A DNA stretch of 53,860 nucleotides from Acidobacteriota bacterium (GTDB taxonomy: Bacteria > Acidobacteriota > Vicinamibacteria > Vicinamibacterales > JACPPN01), in assembly GCA_016190995.1 (NCBI GenBank), contig JACPPN010000241.1, positions 1-53,860 of the forward strand. The letters run 5' to 3'. The position numbers were made by a program, and so were the translations under genes. Within the stretch, counting starts at the first letter, position 1, and every line of letters starts with the position of its first letter. Below the pieces are notes generated by a model. That model did no database searches and was not told the DNA's origin. It saw only the letters and a program-made list of their open reading frames with translations. Positions 8,431 through 17,261 of the stretch are shown piece by piece.

Positions 8431-10038
8431 TCAGCTCGGTACCCGGCGGTACAGCACGAAATCCTCGATGTCGGTCTCGTGGCTGTATCGGCCAAGCAGA
8501 TCTTGAATGGGCGGCGACGCAAAATGCTCGTCGGCATTCCGATCGTTGCGCTCCAGGATGAAGTATGCGGGCGGAGTCTGACGAAGGCTCGCGGCAAGCG
8601 TGGCGAGCGTGAAGTCGGGATGAACAAACATGCCGGAGACGGCCGGCGCTATCCAGACGAAGCGGTTTGCCGGCAATCTCAGACTGGCGAAGTACACCCC
8701 GGGCTGCATGCCGAAGATGAACACGCGGTCGGCGGGTGAGGTGTGCGCGCGCAGATACGCGGCGAGCTCCGCGTTCGCGCGTGCCGAATACCCCCGTCCG
8801 TTGGCGTATCCGCCGAATCGTTCCAGGTACGCCTCCTGGCGATCGCCGTCACGCGTCAACTGCTGCAGATTGGCGGCCGTCACGAGGTACACCCGCCGTG
8901 TGTAGCCGTAGTGGGCGATCACCGCAGCCGCGAGAATGGCGGCACTTGCCTGCACCGCAACCCGCCGCCGCGACGCGCTCGCGAACAACCCTGCAGCCAA
9001 CAACGCCAGCGGCGGCAGCGAAGGAATGAAGTAGGTCGTGAACAGGCGTGCGCCGCTTGCGAACGCGCCGGCGAGGGCGCCTGCCAGCCAGAGGGCGCCC
9101 AGGGCGGAGCCGACGTCCACCTCGCGACGCCGAATCCAATCCCATGCGGCAACACAAATGGCCACCCCGCCCAGCAGCCACAGCGCGTCTGTCTTGACTC
9201 GCAGCCAGCCCTCCTTTAGGAAAGCGATGGCGAAGGCATCCCACCGCAGCTCGAAGGCGAGGTAGCTCGCGTTGTATCCGAAGATCGCGACCCTTGCATC
9301 CTCACCGGCGTTCTGGCTCCAGAGCCACGCCCCCACGATAGCAGGCACCGCGAGCAGTCCGAGCATCGAGAGCCCCGCGGTCTTGAACAGGCGGTGGTCT
9401 GGGTTCACGAGTTTCGTGAAGAGCAAGAGCGCGGGCCAATAGAAAACGGCGACGGGCTTGAAGACGAGGGCGGCGCCCAGAAGGGCTCCCCAGGCCCACG
9501 ACGCCCAACCCGGACGCCCTTGGGCATCGGCGGCCCGGAACGCGGCGGCGGCCATCAGGGTGCACATGAATACTTCGGGCACAGCTCGCTCGAGGAACCC
9601 GCCGTACTTGTACTGACCTGCCGGTATGGTCAGGACGACGTACAGGGCGGCTGCACGGAGCCCGCGCGCGGAGCCGCCACACCGCCGCCCGACCAGAAAG
9701 AGAAACAACCCCGTCAGGGCTGTTGTGAAGATATCGAGCGCCGCAACGGCCTTCGTCGTCGGACCCCAGACGAGGAATGCGGCCAGGTAGGTCAGGTGGA
9801 TGCCGGGCGGCTTTTGATCCCAGAGATCGCCATAGGGACGCAAGCCTTCGTGCAGTCCCCAGCCGATTGTCGCGAAAATGCCCTGATCGATTCCCAGTGG
9901 TTCGGCGACGATCGGTACACGGACGAGGAGTCCTCCCATGACGGCGGCCACCCATAGCGCGGCGATCAGCCGAGAGGGTGTTTGTTCACGACGGCGGACG
10001 GTACGGAGCAGGCCGTGCGGCCGAGGCCACGCCGTCAC
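8431..10038 (-). CDS. Polytopic GT-C-like membrane glycosyltransferase (PMT/ArnT-like family)
   Basis: The ORF extends to 10278, but its first 80 codons are Arg/Pro-rich and overlap the upstream gene. A GTG at 10038 forms a GTGA overlap with the stop of the radical SAM gene. 'LIAALWVAAVMGGLLVRVPIVAEPLGIDQGIFATIGWGLHEGLRPYGDLWDQKPPGIHLTYLAAF' is followed by about 10 TM segments and a soluble C-terminal domain. Confidence 0.65.
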   Translation of the reverse strand: MTAWPRPHGLLRTVRRREQTPSRLIAALWVAAVMGGLLVRVPIVAEPLGIDQGIFATIGWGLHEGLRPYGDLWDQKPPGIHLTYLAAFLVWGPTTKAVAALDIFTTALTGLFLFLVGRRCGGSARGLRAAALYVVLTIPAGQYKYGGFLERAVPEVFMCTLMAAAAFRAADAQGRPGWASWAWGALLGAALVFKPVAVFYWPALLLFTKLVNPDHRLFKTAGLSMLGLLAVPAIVGAWLWSQNAGEDARVAIFGYNASYLAFELRWDAFAIAFLKEGWLRVKTDALWLLGGVAICVAAWDWIRRREVDVGSALGALWLAGALAGAFASGARLFTTYFIPSLPPLALLAAGLFASASRRRVAVQASAAILAAAVIAHYGYTRRVYLVTAANLQQLTRDGDRQEAYLERFGGYANGRGYSARANAELAAYLRAHTSPADRVFIFGMQPGVYFASLRLPANRFVWIAPAVSGMFVHPDFTLATLAASLRQTPPAYFILERNDRNADEHFASPPIQDLLGRYSHETDIEDFVLYRRVPS

Positions 10039-10988
10039 GCGAGTTTCGTCACCCACAGCGGCGAATCTTTCTTGGGCAGGTCGCACGACCGACAGATGTC
10101 CGGGCCGCCGCTTTCGAGATGCTGGCGGCGGACGCGACGGTAGGGCTCGGAGTTCCAGATCTGCCGGATGCCCGACGTGCGGAGATCTCCCAGGATCTCC
10201 TTGCCGTCGAAATCCGCGCAGCACAGCGACACGCGGCCATCCCACAGCACCGTGAAGGTGAGCCAGGGACGATAGCACGGGTACGCGACGTTCGATTCCC
10301 GGTTGAGTGTACCCGCCCAGTTGTGCAGGTCGGTGACGTGAATCTTGTCTGCGATCGATCGCCAGTGCTCGATGAACGCGCGCTCCTCCTCCGAGTTGTT
10401 CTGCCGCACGAACGACAGAATCAGCTTGGGGCGCCGCCGCCCCAGCTCGGATCGGATTCGGACGAGCTGCTCGATGTTGGCGATGACCTTGTCGTACTTG
10501 AGGCCGACACGCGTCCGCTCGAAGACCTCTTTGCCCGAGGCGTCAACGCTGACGTTGATGGCGTCGAGCCCCGCCTCGATCATCCCGCGGGCGGTCTCGT
10601 CGGAGATCAGGGAGCCGTTGCTGATCATGCCCACTTCCGCAATTCCTGTCTGCTTCGCGTACCGCACTTTGTCGACGAGCGTGCGATCGATGAACGGCTC
10701 CCCGTAGTTGTGCACGCGGACGTGGCGGATGCCGAGATCCGCGCACTCGTCGACAATCTTGCGGTAGAGCAGCATGTCCATCACACCCTGCCGGCGAAGC
10801 ATGTCGTCGCGCGGGCAGAAGGTGCACTTGGCGTTGCAGATGTTCGTGCTCTCGATCTGGACGATTTCGGGAAGGTGAGGCGCCGCGTCGCGGCCGGCGA
10901 AGAGAAGGGCGCGGCGCAGCGGCTTCGCGTTCCGGAGCAGCAGCGCTTCGATTGAGCGCCGCGCGCGCCGCCCGAGGCCGGCCATCAC
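10035..10988 (-). CDS. Radical SAM enzyme with C-terminal SPASM/twitch-like Cys cluster
   Basis: The CX3CX2C motif 'NICNAKCTFCPRD' is present. The C-terminal cysteines 'PCYRPW...VSLCCADFDG...ICRSCDL' are also present. The start (GTG 10988 or ATG 10985) overlaps the stop of the upstream SDR gene. Confidence 0.8.
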   Translation of the reverse strand: MMAGLGRRARRSIEALLLRNAKPLRRALLFAGRDAAPHLPEIVQIESTNICNAKCTFCPRDDMLRRQGVMDMLLYRKIVDECADLGIRHVRVHNYGEPFIDRTLVDKVRYAKQTGIAEVGMISNGSLISDETARGMIEAGLDAINVSVDASGKEVFERTRVGLKYDKVIANIEQLVRIRSELGRRRPKLILSFVRQNNSEEERAFIEHWRSIADKIHVTDLHNWAGTLNRESNVAYPCYRPWLTFTVLWDGRVSLCCADFDGKEILGDLRTSGIRQIWNSEPYRRVRRQHLESGGPDICRSCDLPKKDSPLWVTKLA

Positions 10989-11959
10989 GCGAGCCCGACC
11001 GTCTCCTGGAAGGAGCTGACGACTGTGGCAAGAATCTCGTCGAGCTGCACGCGGGGCTCGTAGCCGACGAGCGCCTGAATCTTACTGATGTCAGGGACGC
11101 GGCGGGGCATGTCCTCGAATCCGGCCTCGTACGCCCGGTCGTACGGGATGGTGACGATTTCCGACGAGCTGGCGGTGATGGCCTTGATGCGTTCGGCCAG
11201 CGCGCGGATCGTGATTTCCTGGCCGTTGCCGATATTGAAGACCTCACCCACGGCCCGCGGCTCCCTGGCCAGCGTCATCATCGCCTTGACGACATCGCCG
11301 ACGTAGGTGAAGCTCCGTGACTGCGATCCGTCGCCGAACACGGTAATCGGCTGACCGAGCAGCGCCTGACGGACGAAGGTCGGAATGACCATGCCGTACC
11401 GACCGGTCTGGCGGGGCCCGACGGTGTTGAAGAGCCGGAGAATGATCACCGGCAGCCGCTTCTCCTTCCAGTACGCGAGCGCCAGGAACTCATCGATCGC
11501 CTTGCTGCAGGCGTACGCCCACCGATGTTTCGTGGTCGGGCCAAGCACCAGGTCGGCATCCTCGCGGAACGGCACCGTCGCGCTCTTGCCGTACACCTCC
11601 GAGGTTGAGGCGATGACGACCAGCTTCTTCTTCTTGTTCGCGTGCTTCAAGACGACTTCCGTGCCGTGCACGTTGGTCTCGATGGTGCGCACCGGCGCCT
11701 CCACGATCAGCTTGACCCCGACCGCCGCCGCCAGGTGGAAGATGACGTCACATCGATCGATCTGCTCGGCGAGGACCGGCTCGTTCGCGACCGAGTCGAT
11801 CGTGTAGTGAAATTTTCGGTTCGCCTTGAGGTGCTCGATGTTGTCCATCGAGCCGGTCGACAAATCGTCGAGCGCGTAGACTTCGTGGCCGCCAGTGAGC
11901 AGTGCTTCGGCCAGGTGGGACCCGATGAAACCGGCCCCGCCGGTGATGAGCACACGCAT
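10985..11959 (-). CDS. UDP-glucuronate decarboxylase-type extended SDR (ArnA C-terminal domain / UXS-like)
   Basis: The true start is the ATG at 11959 ('MRVLITGGAGFIGSHL'); the track ORF that extends to 12460 is a spurious extension overlapping the upstream gene. 'IASTSEVYGKS...GPTTKHRWAYACSKAIDEFL...RLFNTVGPRQ' closely parallels ArnA 'STSEVYG...PRWIYSVSKQLLD...RPFNWMGPR'. Confidence 0.85.
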   Translation of the reverse strand: MRVLITGGAGFIGSHLAEALLTGGHEVYALDDLSTGSMDNIEHLKANRKFHYTIDSVANEPVLAEQIDRCDVIFHLAAAVGVKLIVEAPVRTIETNVHGTEVVLKHANKKKKLVVIASTSEVYGKSATVPFREDADLVLGPTTKHRWAYACSKAIDEFLALAYWKEKRLPVIILRLFNTVGPRQTGRYGMVIPTFVRQALLGQPITVFGDGSQSRSFTYVGDVVKAMMTLAREPRAVGEVFNIGNGQEITIRALAERIKAITASSSEIVTIPYDRAYEAGFEDMPRRVPDISKIQALVGYEPRVQLDEILATVVSSFQETVGLA

Positions 11960-11972
11960 GATTGAGGTCCGT

Positions 11973-13838
11973 CTATCGGCTGAGTTGGATGGAACGGCGA
12001 CGCTCAGCATACCAGCTTGCCAGGTATTCTGCCATGAAGCGGTGACCCGCCGGCGACCAGTGGCAGTCGGCGCGCAAGTGTAGCGGCGGCGCGCCCGCGC
12101 GATGGCGCGCACGCATGGCCGCAGTGGGGTCGAGGAACTCGAGGCCATAACGGCGGCAAACGTCGGCGAGCCAGTCCTGCAAGCCTGATGTCGGCGGCAG
12201 CACGGTGGCGTCGTCCACGCGATCGAAGTAGCGGCCCGCCGCGCACTCGTCGGTGGAAACCTGGAGCGGATTGGTGACGTACACGACAACGAGCCGGCCA
12301 CTATCGGCCTGCACGTCCTCTGCAAACAGCCGGAGGATGCGCTCGCTCGACGCCGCAGCGTTCCGTTGCTCGGTGGTCCAGAGACTCCGCGGCCGCATGC
12401 TCGGCCAGAATTTCGTCTGGGCGATCGGTCGCAACCGATTGGGGAGCGCGCGCGGATCATCGCGAAGCAGATGCTCGATGTCTCGCGATTCGAGCGGCTC
12501 TTCTGCGGCCATCCTCCGCGCTTGCGCCTTCACCGCCTCGAGGCCGGCGTCCCTGGCGGTGGTCGTCGGACGTTGCCGACTGAGGTTGAAGAGGCGCCTC
12601 ACCTGCAGCTCGCCCAGGCGCTGAACGGTGTATTCGACGAGCTGAAAGGTCCGGAGCCATCGGAACCACAACCACCGCGGCCCGATCCGCAGATCGAAGT
12701 AGGCCGGGCGGCCGGACGAGGTCAGGACGGCCCGATAGTCGGCGGCCTCGTCGCGCGCGATCCAGAGGTCGTTCCAGAAAAAGAAGAGGAGGACCACTTT
12801 GGGATGCAACTGGCGTCCGACTTTCAGGTACCAGTTCCACTCGAGCAGCGGTGACCAGCCCAAGACGCCATGGCTCGCGACCGCCGCACGGAGGCCGCGC
12901 CCTTCGAGCGCCGATTGCAGCCGTGGGGTGACGGTCTGTTCCCACGCGATCTGCTGCGCCTGAATGAAGCTGTCGCCGAGAAGCAGGATGTCGACACGCG
13001 ACCTGCGGAGCTCGGGGCCGCGCATCCCGAGCGAGTTTGTCTCGATGAGCACCGGCGGAAACTCGTCCAGGGGCTGCGGGTGGCGGATGAACGCCGATCG
13101 TGGGGCGGTGTTGTGATGGAACTGGCGGACGTACGTGGGGTCGTCGAACGCCATGAGCCCCTCAGCGACATGCATTCCACGCAGCGCGCCCTCCATCACC
13201 GCCAACGTCACCATCGTCGATCCCGCAATCGTGAGGGTGTTGCGAACGGCGATCGCGCTCCCCGTCAGCGCGCCCGACGCCATCAGGAGCGCGGCCGCCA
13301 TGACGATCACGGAAATCCAAAAGGAGAATCCCGAGACACCCAGCGAGAGGCCCTGCAGCGCGGCCGTGAGGAGAAGGAGGGCTGCCCCGAGGAGCCACGA
13401 GCGGGTGGATGACCAGGCCGGCTGTTCGCGTGCGCGCGCGAGCCACAGAAGCGACCAGTCAACGAGCGCGAAACACACGAAGAGGCGTAGCTGCCACGGA
13501 CGCTGGAACCACCAGAGCAGGCGAGTCGAGACGGCAGCTACGAGCAGCGGCCATCCCGCAAGGGCGATGATGCGATCTCGAGGCGACGGGGCGCGCGCCG
13601 CCGAGTCGCCCCGTGCCTCCGACCCTCTCGGCCACAACGTGCTGCGGGCGCTCACGACGAGCGCGAGCAGTCCGGCCCCGAGCGCGAGCGTGTACGACAC
13701 CGAATAGCGTCCTGCGATTCGGGCGGTCGTGCTGCGCCCTCCAAAGAGATTCACGTACAGCAGAAGGAGGACGATCCAGCTCGCCACGAGCAGAGCCTGA
13801 TGAGGACGGCTGCTGATGAGACGATGCAAGTCGTTCAA
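11973..13838 (-). CDS. Membrane protein with C-terminal SGNH/GDSL-type hydrolase or acyltransferase domain (AlgX/AlgJ-like)
   Basis: A TTG start at 13838 overlaps the upstream TGA (TTGA). The N-terminal ~230 aa are multi-TM. The C-terminal domain has the 'ILLLGDSFIQ' (GDS block) and 'ADCHWSPAGHRFMAEYL' (catalytic His block) motifs. Confidence 0.65.
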   Translation of the reverse strand: MNDLHRLISSRPHQALLVASWIVLLLLYVNLFGGRSTTARIAGRYSVSYTLALGAGLLALVVSARSTLWPRGSEARGDSAARAPSPRDRIIALAGWPLLVAAVSTRLLWWFQRPWQLRLFVCFALVDWSLLWLARAREQPAWSSTRSWLLGAALLLLTAALQGLSLGVSGFSFWISVIVMAAALLMASGALTGSAIAVRNTLTIAGSTMVTLAVMEGALRGMHVAEGLMAFDDPTYVRQFHHNTAPRSAFIRHPQPLDEFPPVLIETNSLGMRGPELRRSRVDILLLGDSFIQAQQIAWEQTVTPRLQSALEGRGLRAAVASHGVLGWSPLLEWNWYLKVGRQLHPKVVLLFFFWNDLWIARDEAADYRAVLTSSGRPAYFDLRIGPRWLWFRWLRTFQLVEYTVQRLGELQVRRLFNLSRQRPTTTARDAGLEAVKAQARRMAAEEPLESRDIEHLLRDDPRALPNRLRPIAQTKFWPSMRPRSLWTTEQRNAAASSERILRLFAEDVQADSGRLVVVYVTNPLQVSTDECAAGRYFDRVDDATVLPPTSGLQDWLADVCRRYGLEFLDPTAAMRARHRAGAPPLHLRADCHWSPAGHRFMAEYLASWYAERRRSIQLSR

Positions 13839-15751
13839 CGATGCGCTGAGCGGGGTGGGACGGGATCGGAGTCGCGAACGGGTCGTGCGACATCCGGCGA
13901 AGCAACGTGACGCGATGCCAGCCCGAGGATCGCGTCGCCGGCGCGTCTGGCCGCGCCGCCGTCGCTCACACTCGACGATCGTTCGAGGAGGGCCCGGCCG
14001 GATCGCGTCAACGTGTCCCGAGCGCGCTCATCATACACGAGCGCCCGGAGCTTCAATGACACGTCGTCCTGCGATTGCGCTCCCGCCATCGCGCCCGCAT
14101 CGACGAACGGGCTGAGATTGTTGGGCAACGCCACGACCAGCGCAGGAATCCCGAGCGTCAGACCATCCACCGCGACCGTTGAGTTGACGGTCACGACGAG
14201 TCGCGCGACGGCGAGCAGGCGCGCAAGATCCGCCGAGCCGTCCGCAACCACGACGTTCGCGGCCCCCGCCGCCGCCCGCCGATAGGGCTCGGGCGATTCG
14301 GCCGGATGCGCTTTCACGACGAGCTTTACCTCGGGCATGCCTGCAGCCGCCTGCACCAGCGATCCGAAGGTTCCGCCAATCTGCGAGTACTTCGACGCCA
14401 CCAGGACGATCGGCTGATCGGCATCGGCGCCGACACCGCGCCGCGCCTGCTGTCGATCGTCTTCGGTCAGCGATCGAACGGCGGCAAGGAGCGCGTCCAG
14501 ACGGGGGCTCCCGGTCACCACGAGAGCGCTCGGGGGAAAGCGTCCGGCGTCGATGAGGTGCCGCGCCGTGAGCTCGTCATAGACGAGCGTCAGGTCGGGC
14601 AGGGGAAAGCCACGATCGGCCGAGTTGACGGCCGACGGCTGCATTTCGTCCGGCTCGTGCAGATAGTTCAGCCAGTGGCGGTAGATGAACCCATGCTGCA
14701 GGCCGACGAACGGAATGCCGCGGCGACGCGCATCGAGAGCGAGGGCGCGACCCCATCCGCCAGCCTCGGCGTACGTCACCGCGACGTGCGGCTCCAAGGC
14801 GTCGAGGGCAGCGCCCGCTTCATCCATGGCGCGCGCGGACCACGGGAACTGCAGGTGACACACCCCAGCGAGTTCAGCCTGGACGATCGGCCATACGTCG
14901 CAACCGCGGATGATCGCGGCATCGCGGACATCGCAGCTCGTCTCGAGCGCGCGCAACATCGCCTGGCGTTCGCGCCACACGGCCTGAGATGGCCGGACGG
15001 CCTCCGCCGGGACGTACTTCTCGATTGGGGTGACCTGCATCGTTTCGAGAGCGCCGGCCCTGAACTCCGCCAGACGCTCGCGCCACCCGCGCGCCCGGTA
15101 GTTCGTGCGGGGGCCCAGTCCGATGAGACGCATCGCGTCCCAGCCGATTCGGCCCACGAGCTCGCGCACGACGGGACCGACGTACGCTTCATCGCCGCGA
15201 TCGGCACGCCAGAACGCCGAGTGAATGAAGGTCGCAATCGGCGCGCGCTCATCACGTCGACGAGCGCGCGTGCCCCGCCGTTCCCGAATCGCGGCGGTCC
15301 AGGCATAGAACGCGGCGCGCGCGGCCGTGCGGGCGCGATCCACCGCCCGCGCTCGGGAGGGCCAGCCCTCGTCGCCGGCGTACGCCACGCCGAGACGTCG
15401 CGCGATTTGCGGGGCGAGGCCGCGGACGAGCGCGTCGGGAGACTTCGCCGCAAGCGTGCGTGGCTGCTCCCGCTCGATCAGTGCTTCGAGCGCGTAGATC
15501 GTCTTCAGGAGCGCCGCGATCCGTTGGCCCTTGTGGAGGAACAGCTCGGCCGACCACCACAGCGAGTCGCCGCGGTATGTGAAGCGATCGCGGAACGAGA
15601 GATTGTCGACGCGCGTGAGCCGAAGCTGTTTGATCCAGCGATTCGCATCGCCCTCGGCCGCTTCGGCGTCTGACGCGTCCAGATAGCTCCCGAGCAGGAC
15701 GGTCCTGCGTCCACCGTTGCCGAGAACGATTTCCGTCTCAAGGGCTCTCAT
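13835..15751 (-). CDS. Putative GT-B-fold transferase (TagF/KpsC-like, 'HP' motif); function uncertain
   Basis: The likely start is the ATG at 15751 ('MRALETEIV'), 20 nt after the GT9 stop. The C-terminal half 'PIVLVASKYS...KLVVKAHPAESPE...LLAVARLVVTVNSTVAVDGLTLGIPALVV' resembles capsule/teichoic-type GT-B transferases. The coding call is solid; the family call is weak. Confidence 0.55.
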   Translation of the reverse strand: MRALETEIVLGNGGRRTVLLGSYLDASDAEAAEGDANRWIKQLRLTRVDNLSFRDRFTYRGDSLWWSAELFLHKGQRIAALLKTIYALEALIEREQPRTLAAKSPDALVRGLAPQIARRLGVAYAGDEGWPSRARAVDRARTAARAAFYAWTAAIRERRGTRARRRDERAPIATFIHSAFWRADRGDEAYVGPVVRELVGRIGWDAMRLIGLGPRTNYRARGWRERLAEFRAGALETMQVTPIEKYVPAEAVRPSQAVWRERQAMLRALETSCDVRDAAIIRGCDVWPIVQAELAGVCHLQFPWSARAMDEAGAALDALEPHVAVTYAEAGGWGRALALDARRRGIPFVGLQHGFIYRHWLNYLHEPDEMQPSAVNSADRGFPLPDLTLVYDELTARHLIDAGRFPPSALVVTGSPRLDALLAAVRSLTEDDRQQARRGVGADADQPIVLVASKYSQIGGTFGSLVQAAAGMPEVKLVVKAHPAESPEPYRRAAAGAANVVVADGSADLARLLAVARLVVTVNSTVAVDGLTLGIPALVVALPNNLSPFVDAGAMAGAQSQDDVSLKLRALVYDERARDTLTRSGRALLERSSSVSDGGAARRAGDAILGLASRHVASPDVARPVRDSDPVPPRSAHR

Positions 15752-15770
15752 GGCAACGTCGCCTGCGGGG

Positions 15771-16979
15771 TCATGCGCGCCGTGACGCAGGTGGCGAGGA
15801 CAGCCTGGCGACTGGGCGCGCCAGCAGCTCCACGGCGGCGCGGTACACCACATCCGCGCCGATGCCTGCGAGACAATCGGGCGTGCCGGTTCGACATCGA
15901 TCGGGCGGACGTCTCACCCGATTGCATGGACTGCAGGGCAGATCGATCCGCGCGATGCGGCAATGCGGGGTGAGCGGGCCATACCGCGCCGGATCCGACA
16001 GGCCGAACACCGCAACGACCGGCGTCCCGACGGCTGCGGCCACGTGCATGGGACCGGTGTCTCCCGTCACCAGCGCATGACACTGCTCGAGCACGGCCGC
16101 GAGCAGCAGCAGATCGGCGCGTCCGGCGAGATCGATGATGCGGACGCTTGCCGGCAAGGCGGCCTGCAGCGCGGAGACGAGCGGGCGGTCGTCTTCGGTG
16201 CCGGTCAGGACGATCGTCGCGTCTTCGTTTCGGGCCAGACGTGCGGCCACGTCCGCGAAGCGCTCGGCCGGCCACTGCTTGATCGCTCGGCCCCCGCTGA
16301 CGTGAACGGCGATGACCCTCCGCCCCGCTTCTTTCAGCAGGTCCGCGGCTCTCCGGCGCTCATTGGCGGGAAGCTCGAGCGGCTGCGGCCGGTTTCGAGA
16401 TTCGATCGCGGTGCTCTTGAAGGCGGCGCGTACGAGCTGCAGTGCATTCTCCGAGGTGTGCGCGCGCGAGTCGAACGCGACGCGATCCGTCAGCAGCGGC
16501 GCGCCTCCGGCCATGTCGAAGCTCACGCGTCGGCGTGCGCCGCTCAGCCACATCAGCAGATGGGATCGAAGGTCGCCTTCCAGATTGATGGCGAGATCGT
16601 AATGCCGCTTCCGCCAGCTCAGTGCGCGGCGTGCAAGCGTGAGCGCGCTTGCGCTGCCGGCCGGGCGTGAGAGCCAGGGCAGATCCAGCGTCTCGATCCG
16701 ATTGACGTCGCGGATGAGCCGGGCAATTGGCTCGTTCCAGCTGCCGACGACCAGATCGATCGTGGCGTTGGGTGCCGCCGAGCGCACCGCCGAGATGGCT
16801 GGAAGCGTCATCAGCAGATCGCCAATCCGCTCGAACCGCAAGAGGAGAATGCGCGTCGGCGGACCTGGAGGCGCACGTCTCACCAGGCGTGATGGCAGCA
16901 TCGCCGCCCCCAGGAATCCGTCCGCCAGCGCGACCAGACGACGCTCACGCGGATCGTAGACTTGCAGGTACTCGAACAT
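15771..16979 (-). CDS. Glycosyltransferase family 9 (heptosyltransferase-like)
   Basis: 402 aa. 'ILLLRFERIGDLLMTLPAISAV' and 'LVTGDTGPMHVAAAVGTPVVAVFG' are the two GT9 hallmark blocks. Confidence 0.85.
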   Translation of the reverse strand: MFEYLQVYDPRERRLVALADGFLGAAMLPSRLVRRAPPGPPTRILLLRFERIGDLLMTLPAISAVRSAAPNATIDLVVGSWNEPIARLIRDVNRIETLDLPWLSRPAGSASALTLARRALSWRKRHYDLAINLEGDLRSHLLMWLSGARRRVSFDMAGGAPLLTDRVAFDSRAHTSENALQLVRAAFKSTAIESRNRPQPLELPANERRRAADLLKEAGRRVIAVHVSGGRAIKQWPAERFADVAARLARNEDATIVLTGTEDDRPLVSALQAALPASVRIIDLAGRADLLLLAAVLEQCHALVTGDTGPMHVAAAVGTPVVAVFGLSDPARYGPLTPHCRIARIDLPCSPCNRVRRPPDRCRTGTPDCLAGIGADVVYRAAVELLARPVARLSSPPASRRA

Positions 16980-17261
16980 GGATTGGGCAGGCAGCCTGGC
17001 AGCCGCGGTCGGCCGCCGGGTGGCGCGGCACGGAATCGGCCGAGACGCTCCACCAGTGTACCCCGAACCTTCAGCGCGGCTCCGACCCGACGCCTGTCGT
17101 CCGATGGCAGCGTGCTCACGCTACCGTCGAGCTCGCGCGAAGTGGGCGCCAAGCTTCAGGCCCTCACCGCGCACCGGGAACGTGGCACCGGGACCCTGGA
17201 ACCGGCACGATTTCTTCTAACGCTCTCAGCAGCCGCCCTCAGCACCCATCATTCGGAACGG

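Noticed and set aside
10039-10278. N-terminal 80-codon extension of the GT-C ORF (and similar extensions at 11960-12460, 15752-15853, 24803-25066, 25525-25566, 28718-28870, 31025-31120, 50677-50772, 52583-52705)
   Set aside because: The extensions are Arg/Pro-rich and overlap the 3' end of the upstream gene. They precede an internal start that yields the canonical family N-terminus, often with a 4-nt stop/start overlap.
14306-15673. 455-aa plus-strand ORF antisense to the GT-B-like gene
   Set aside because: It has shadow-frame composition (Arg/Gly/Asp-rich) and no motifs.
16980-17261. 282-nt gap between the GT-C stop and the GT9 start, checked for a missed small gene or RNA
   Set aside because: There is no ORF with a plausible start/SD and no strong conserved-looking structure. 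It is most simply an internal promoter or spacer region. I cannot say more without comparative data.
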